Assembly: GCA_963796275.1 (NCBI GenBank)
Contig: CAWCKY010000003.1
Coordinates: 832,001-896,000, forward strand
DNA length: 64,000 nt
Reading direction: 5' to 3'
Origin: an uncultured Acidobacteriota bacterium
GTDB taxonomy: Bacteria; Acidobacteriota; Blastocatellia; RBC074
Below the pieces are notes generated by a model, which made no database searches, was not told the origin of the DNA, and saw nothing but the letters and a program-made list of their open reading frames with translations. Positions 58,986-64,000 of the stretch are shown one piece after another. Position numbers and translations under genes: made by a program. Each line of letters starts with the position of its first letter. The stretch's first letter is position 1.

Positions 58986-61900
58986 GTGAAAAAAACAGCA
59001 AGCAAAGCATCGGCCACCGAGACCGACCTCGCCGATTCCGACGCATCCTCGCAGAGAGAGGGAGACCGATCGGGCGCGAGAGAGCCGGATCGCAATAGGG
59101 CGTTTCCTGTCGTCGGCATCGGCGCTTCCGCGGCCAGTCTGGAGGCATTCAGGGAGATACTCGAACATTTGCCCGCCGGCACTGGTATGGCCATCGTCCT
59201 AGTGCAGCCCATTGATCATACGAGCCCAAATATTCAGATAGATTTGCTCTCCCTGAGCACTGGAATGCAGGTGACCGAAGTAAGAGATGGCACGGTTGTC
59301 AGACCCGATCACATTTATGTCATCCAATCTCAATCCAGAGTGGCGATTGCCGAAGGCGTGTTGCACATCGTGCCTGGCGAGTGGGGGCGCGGGCGCCACC
59401 GTCCGATAGATTATTTTCTGCGCACGCTGGCCAGAGATCGAAGACACCGGGCTATCGGAGTTATTTTATCCGATACAGATTCAGACGGCGTGCTGGGCCT
59501 GGAAGCAATCAAGATCGCGGGCGGGATCACCCTCGCGCAGGATGCCAGATCGGCAAAATTTGACAGTATGCCGAGCGGCGCCATCGCCGCCGGTCATGTG
59601 GATATTGTCCTCACGCCGGAAGGCATCGCTCGAGAGTTGGCGCGGATCAGCCGCCACCCCTACATCACACCTCTTCGAACAGAAGCCCAATCAGCAGGGC
59701 GGCATACGGTCCGCAAGATTTTGTCGTTGCTGCAGAAGGCTAAAGGTATCGACTTCACCGACTATAAACCCAACACCCTGCACCGACGCATCGCGCGCCG
59801 CATAGTGTTGAACAAGCTGGAAGGTATCGAGGACTACATCCAATTCCTGCGCGCGCAGGCCGCGGAAGTGGAAGCGCTGTATCAGGACATCCTGATCAAT
59901 GTGACGAGCTTTTTTCGCAATCCGGAAATTTTCGCAGTCTTGAAAGAGCGGGTTTTTCCGCTGATCGTCCAGCGACGCGTGGCGGACGCTACGATCAGAA
60001 TCTGGACGCCAGGCTGCTCGACCGGAGAGGAAGCCTATTCCATCGCCATCTCATTCGCGGAATTTGCCGGGGAACAGGCGGAGCATTTACCCGTCCAGAT
60101 TTTCGCCACCGATCTCAACGACAAGGGAATTGAGAAGGCCCGCACAGGATTCTACACGAAGGAAATTGCGAAGGATGTCTCGCCCGAGCGCTTGCGGCGT
60201 TTCTTCACGGAAGCTGAGGGCGGTTACTTCGTCAATCAGTCTATTCGCGACATGGTCGTGTTCGCCCAGCAGAATGTCCTCTCTGATCCACCATTCTCGC
60301 GTGTGGACTTGATCAGCTGCCGGAATCTGCTGATCTACCTTGAGCCGGTATTACAAAAACAAGTCCTGCCTACGCTTCATTACTCGCTCAAGCCGGCTGG
60401 TATTCTCTGGCTCGGGAAGTCGGAAACGGTCGGTTCGACAACCGGCATGTTTACGCCGTTGGACAAGAAGCATCGCTTCTATTCTAAAAAAACGGTGCCG
60501 ACCCCCTTGACTGTTAAAGCTATGTCCGGCGATGCGGCGTATCAACAAGCAGCCGCCGCGCAGAAAGCTAATTACGATGGCACGCAAGTTCGCAACGACC
60601 GCGCTGTCCATAAGGAGGCCGATCGGGTACTTCTGGCCCGCTATTCGCCGGCGAGCGTTCTCATCAATGCCGACATGGAGATAATAGAATTTCGCGGAAC
60701 GGCCTCAGCCTATTTTGAGCCGACGTCCGGCAAGGCCACTCTCCATCTGTTGAAGATGGCTAGCGAAGGTCTGATGATCCTGTTGCACTCGATGATTAAG
60801 CAGGCGAAGACGGATGATGCGACCGTAAGAAAAGAGGGAGTACGGATCAACAGCGACGGCGTATCCCGGATAATCAATCTGGAAGTGACTCCGATCAAAG
60901 GCAGGACAGCGAATGAGCACTGCTTTCTGGTAGCGTTCGAGCCTGCCTCCGAGCAAAACCCCGGACAGGCGGCCAAACCTCGCGCAGCGAAAACCGGTCG
61001 AACAACGGGAAGAAACTCGGGCCGGGCGAAGGAATCGGATCGCTTACGGCAGGAGCTGGCCGCCGCACGCGCATACGTACAGTCACTCGTCGAGCAGCAT
61101 AAGGCCGCTAACGAAGAGCTGCAATCTGCCAACCGGGAGATACAGGCGAGGAATAAGGAGCTACAGAGCATCAATGAAGAGGCGAAGACGGCCAGAGAAG
61201 CGCTCGAATCCGGTAACAAAAAATTGGCGATCCTCAATGATGAGCTGAATAACCGGGATCTGGAATCGGATCGCTTACAGCAGGAGCTGGCCGCCGCACG
61301 CGCATACATACAGTCGCTCGCCGGGCAGCATAAGGGAGTTACCGAAGAGCTGCAATCTGCCAACCAGGAGATACAGGCGAGGAACGAGGAGCTACAGAGC
61401 AGCAATGAAGAGGTGAAGACGGCCAGGGAATCGCTCGAATCCGGTAACAAAAAATTGGTGATCCTCAACGACGAGCTGAATAGCCGGAATCTGGAAGCGG
61501 ATCGCTTACAGCAGGAGCTGGCCGCCACACGCGCATACATACAGTCGCTCGCCGGGCAGCATAAGGCCGCTAACGAAGAGCTGCAATCTGCCAACCAGGA
61601 GATACAGGCGAGGAACGAGGAGCTACAGAGCATCAATGAAGAGGTGAAGACGGCCAGGGAATCGCTCGAATCCGGTAACAAAAAATTGGTGATCCTCAAT
61701 GATGAGCTGAATAGCCGGAATCTGGAAGCGGATCGCTTACGGCAGGAGCTGGTCGCCACACGCGCATATATACAGTCGCTCGTCGAGCAGCATAAGGCCG
61801 CTAACGAAGAGCTGCAATCTGCCAACCGGGAAATACAGGCGAGCAACGAGGAGCTACAGAACATCAATGAAGAGCTAAAGACCGCCAGGGAGGAGCTTGA

Positions 61901-64000
61901 ATCCGGTAACGAAATATTGGTGACCCGCAACGATGAGTTGAATAACCGGAATCTGGAGCTATCAGTTCTCAACAACGATCTCAACAATTTATTGGGCAGC
62001 GTCAATATACCTATTCTGGTGCTGGGCAGCGATATGCGCATCAGGCGCTTCACGCCGCAAGCGGAAAGAGTTCTGAGTTTGAATGCAACCGATGTTGGGC
62101 GGCCCGTCGGCGATATCAAGCTCAATATCGGCATGCCCGATTGGGAGGAATTGATTTCCGAGGTGATCTCTACCGTCAGCGTCAGGGAGCGAGAGTTCCA
62201 GGATAAACACGGGCGATGGTATTCGATGCATATCCTGCCTTACAGGACGCCGGATAATAAAATCGACGGCGCAGTGGTAGTGCTGATCGATATCGATGAT
62301 CTCAAGACTTATGCCGAAGCAATCGTCAAGACGGTCCACGAGCCGCTAATCGTCCTTGACGAGAACCTGCGCGTGCGCACGGCAAATCGTGCCTTCTATG
62401 AGACTTTCAATCTCTCGACGGAAGAGGCGCAGAACCGATTCATATATGAGTTGAACAACCGACAGTGGGAGATCCCCAAGCTACGGACGCTGTTAGAAGA
62501 AACACTGCGGCGCAACAATCAGGTTCAAGACTTGGAAGTCGAACATGAATTTGAGAACATCGGATTGCGGACGATGCTCCTGAATGCCCGCAGACTCAAA
62601 CAAGTAAACAGCCGCGCGCCCTTGATCCTGCTAGTCATCAGGGACATCACAGAACGCAAGCAGACCAAAGCGCTGCAAGAAAGCGAAGATCGGTATCGCA
62701 ACTTATTCAGTTCGGTGCCCGTCGCTGTCTTTGTCAGTGACCGCAACTCAGTCATTCAACATTTCAACCAGCGCGCTGTCGAGCTTTGGGGACGAGAGCC
62801 GGTGTCCGGGAAAGATCATTACGGTTCAATAAAGTTTTATCTTCGGGATGGCACTCCGTTATCACGCGTGCAGAGCCCGATTGCGGAAGTGTTGCACACC
62901 GGCATGCCCGCGAACAATTGGGAAATGTTGATCGAGCGGCCGGACGGCTCACGCATCGCGGTGATCGCCAGCTTCGCGGCGTTGAAAGGCGAGAGGGGAG
63001 AGATCGTCGGCGCCGTCACCACTTTTGAAGATATCACCGGGCTCGATCGAGCTCGGGAGGCCGTTCGAGAAAATGCCGAGCGGTTCCGCATAATGTCTGA
63101 TTCCATGCCGCAAAAAATCTTCACCGCCCGACCCAACGGCGAGCTGGATTATTGCAACCAACAGTGGATGGAATTTACTGGCCATTCTTTCGAGCAGATC
63201 AAAAACGGAGGGTGGACGCAGTTCATTCACCCCGATGATGTAGACGAAAATATACGGAGATGGCAACACTCGCTCGACACAGGCGAGCCGTTTCAAATCG
63301 AGCACCGTTTCCGGCGCGCCGACGGCGAGTACCGCTGGCACCTCAGCCGTGCGCACGCGATGCGCGATGCCAATGGAAAAGTCCTGATGTGGATCAGCTC
63401 CAATACGGAAATCGATGATATGAAGCGCGCCGAGGAAGAGCGCAATCACCTGCTCGCCTGTGAGCAGGCGGCGCGCGAAGAAGCTGAAGATGCCAACCGC
63501 ATAAAAGATGAGTTTCTCGCCACCGTCTCACACGAATTGCGCACGCCGCTCAATGCGATGCTGGGTTGGGTTCAGATTTTGCGTGCGGGCCAGTTGAATG
63601 AGATCGAAGTCATACAGGCGTTGGAAGCGGTAGAGCGTAATGCGAAGGTTCAGAACCAGCTCATCGCTGACTTGCTCGATACCTCGCGCATTATTATGGG
63701 CAAGCTGCGTTTTGAGATGAGACCGGTCGAACTTTTTCCGGTGATCGAAGCTGCGCTGGAAACCGTTCGCCCAGCCGCTGAGGCAAAGGGCCTGAAATTG
63801 ATACTGAAACTCGATCCCAGGGTAGGCATGGTGATGGGAGATGCGGATCGATTGCAGCAGATCGTCTGGAATCTGCTCGCCAATTCCATCAAGTACACGC
63901 CTCAAGGCGGGCGCGTCGAGACACGGTTGCTGAGCGAAGAGAAGACTGTGACGATCATCGTGCGCGACACGGGCGAGGGGATATCTCCGGAATTTCTGCC
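58986..64000 (+). CDS. CheB-CheR-coiled coil-multi-PAS-histidine kinase fusion (partial, >=1671 codons, runs off window)
   Basis: Not in the ORF track. Frame from GTG 58986 stays consistent at every point checked: FPVVGIGASAAS, DFTDYK..TL.RRI.RR, IWTPGCSTGEEAYS, DLISCRNLLIY, IRRFTP PAS, further PAS domains, KDEFLATVSHELRTPL, NLLANSIKYT, DTGEG. Confidence 0.92.
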   Translation, partial: MKKTASKASATETDLADSDASSQREGDRSGAREPDRNRAFPVVGIGASAASLEAFREILEHLPAGTGMAIVLVQPIDHTSPNIQIDLLSLSTGMQVTEVRDGTVVRPDHIYVIQSQSRVAIAEGVLHIVPGEWGRGRHRPIDYFLRTLARDRRHRAIGVILSDTDSDGVLGLEAIKIAGGITLAQDARSAKFDSMPSGAIAAGHVDIVLTPEGIARELARISRHPYITPLRTEAQSAGRHTVRKILSLLQKAKGIDFTDYKPNTLHRRIARRIVLNKLEGIEDYIQFLRAQAAEVEALYQDILINVTSFFRNPEIFAVLKERVFPLIVQRRVADATIRIWTPGCSTGEEAYSIAISFAEFAGEQAEHLPVQIFATDLNDKGIEKARTGFYTKEIAKDVSPERLRRFFTEAEGGYFVNQSIRDMVVFAQQNVLSDPPFSRVDLISCRNLLIYLEPVLQKQVLPTLHYSLKPAGILWLGKSETVGSTTGMFTPLDKKHRFYSKKTVPTPLTVKAMSGDAAYQQAAAAQKANYDGTQVRNDRAVHKEADRVLLARYSPASVLINADMEIIEFRGTASAYFEPTSGKATLHLLKMASEGLMILLHSMIKQAKTDDATVRKEGVRINSDGVSRIINLEVTPIKGRTANEHCFLVAFEPASEQNPGQAAKPRAAKTGRTTGRNSGRAKESDRLRQELAAARAYVQSLVEQHKAANEELQSANREIQARNKELQSINEEAKTAREALESGNKKLAILNDELNNRDLESDRLQQELAAARAYIQSLAGQHKGVTEELQSANQEIQARNEELQSSNEEVKTARESLESGNKKLVILNDELNSRNLEADRLQQELAATRAYIQSLAGQHKAANEELQSANQEIQARNEELQSINEEVKTARESLESGNKKLVILNDELNSRNLEADRLRQELVATRAYIQSLVEQHKAANEELQSANREIQASNEELQNINEELKTAREELESGNEILVTRNDELNNRNLELSVLNNDLNNLLGSVNIPILVLGSDMRIRRFTPQAERVLSLNATDVGRPVGDIKLNIGMPDWEELISEVISTVSVREREFQDKHGRWYSMHILPYRTPDNKIDGAVVVLIDIDDLKTYAEAIVKTVHEPLIVLDENLRVRTANRAFYETFNLSTEEAQNRFIYELNNRQWEIPKLRTLLEETLRRNNQVQDLEVEHEFENIGLRTMLLNARRLKQVNSRAPLILLVIRDITERKQTKALQESEDRYRNLFSSVPVAVFVSDRNSVIQHFNQRAVELWGREPVSGKDHYGSIKFYLRDGTPLSRVQSPIAEVLHTGMPANNWEMLIERPDGSRIAVIASFAALKGERGEIVGAVTTFEDITGLDRAREAVRENAERFRIMSDSMPQKIFTARPNGELDYCNQQWMEFTGHSFEQIKNGGWTQFIHPDDVDENIRRWQHSLDTGEPFQIEHRFRRADGEYRWHLSRAHAMRDANGKVLMWISSNTEIDDMKRAEEERNHLLACEQAAREEAEDANRIKDEFLATVSHELRTPLNAMLGWVQILRAGQLNEIEVIQALEAVERNAKVQNQLIADLLDTSRIIMGKLRFEMRPVELFPVIEAALETVRPAAEAKGLKLILKLDPRVGMVMGDADRLQQIVWNLLANSIKYTPQGGRVETRLLSEEKTVTIIVRDTGEGISPEFL
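61032..61955 (+). repeat. intragenic tandem repeat, 4 x 231 bp (77 aa)
   Basis: Units start at 61032, 61263, 61494 and 61725. Confidence 0.95.

Noticed and set aside
61032-61955. Tandem repeat as CRISPR array or assembly duplication
   Set aside because: No spacers, units are in-frame coding, and the copies carry distinct substitutions.
60710-62134. 474-aa Ser-rich minus-strand ORF
   Set aside because: Antisense shadow of the Glu-rich coiled-coil repeat in the plus-strand CheBR kinase.

Overview
Gene-dense accessory-type bacterial window with no rRNA, tRNA, CRISPR array or transposase seen. Gene content suggests a soil Acidobacteriota (Blastocatellia-like) genome; this is inference only. From left to right: a partial TonB-dependent receptor; a HemN-like radical SAM plus flavin-dependent halogenase-like pair; an Ada/2OG-Fe(II) alkylation-repair pair with a clear Ada box; an FhlA-type sigma54 activator; a sulfatase-centred cluster (novel 669-aa repeat protein, aqpZ, DUF202, outer-membrane channel, DUF1254, two arylsulfatases, HAD phosphatase); a GH13 amylase; a 3-POTRA BamA paralogue; a TPR-CHAT protease; AraC/VOC genes; a hybrid kinase; an AbiE-type type IV toxin-antitoxin pair with a visible promoter and operator; an M36 metalloprotease; a stress-gene island preceded by several sigma54 -24/-12 promoters; and a large CheB-CheR-PAS-histidine kinase that the ORF track missed. 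That last protein has an apparently dead CheB domain and a 4 x 231-bp (77-aa, 11-heptad) tandem expansion of its coiled coil, and is the most unusual feature in the window. At least five genes carry single frameshifts, so sequencing error versus real decay must be resolved before any pseudogene call is trusted.
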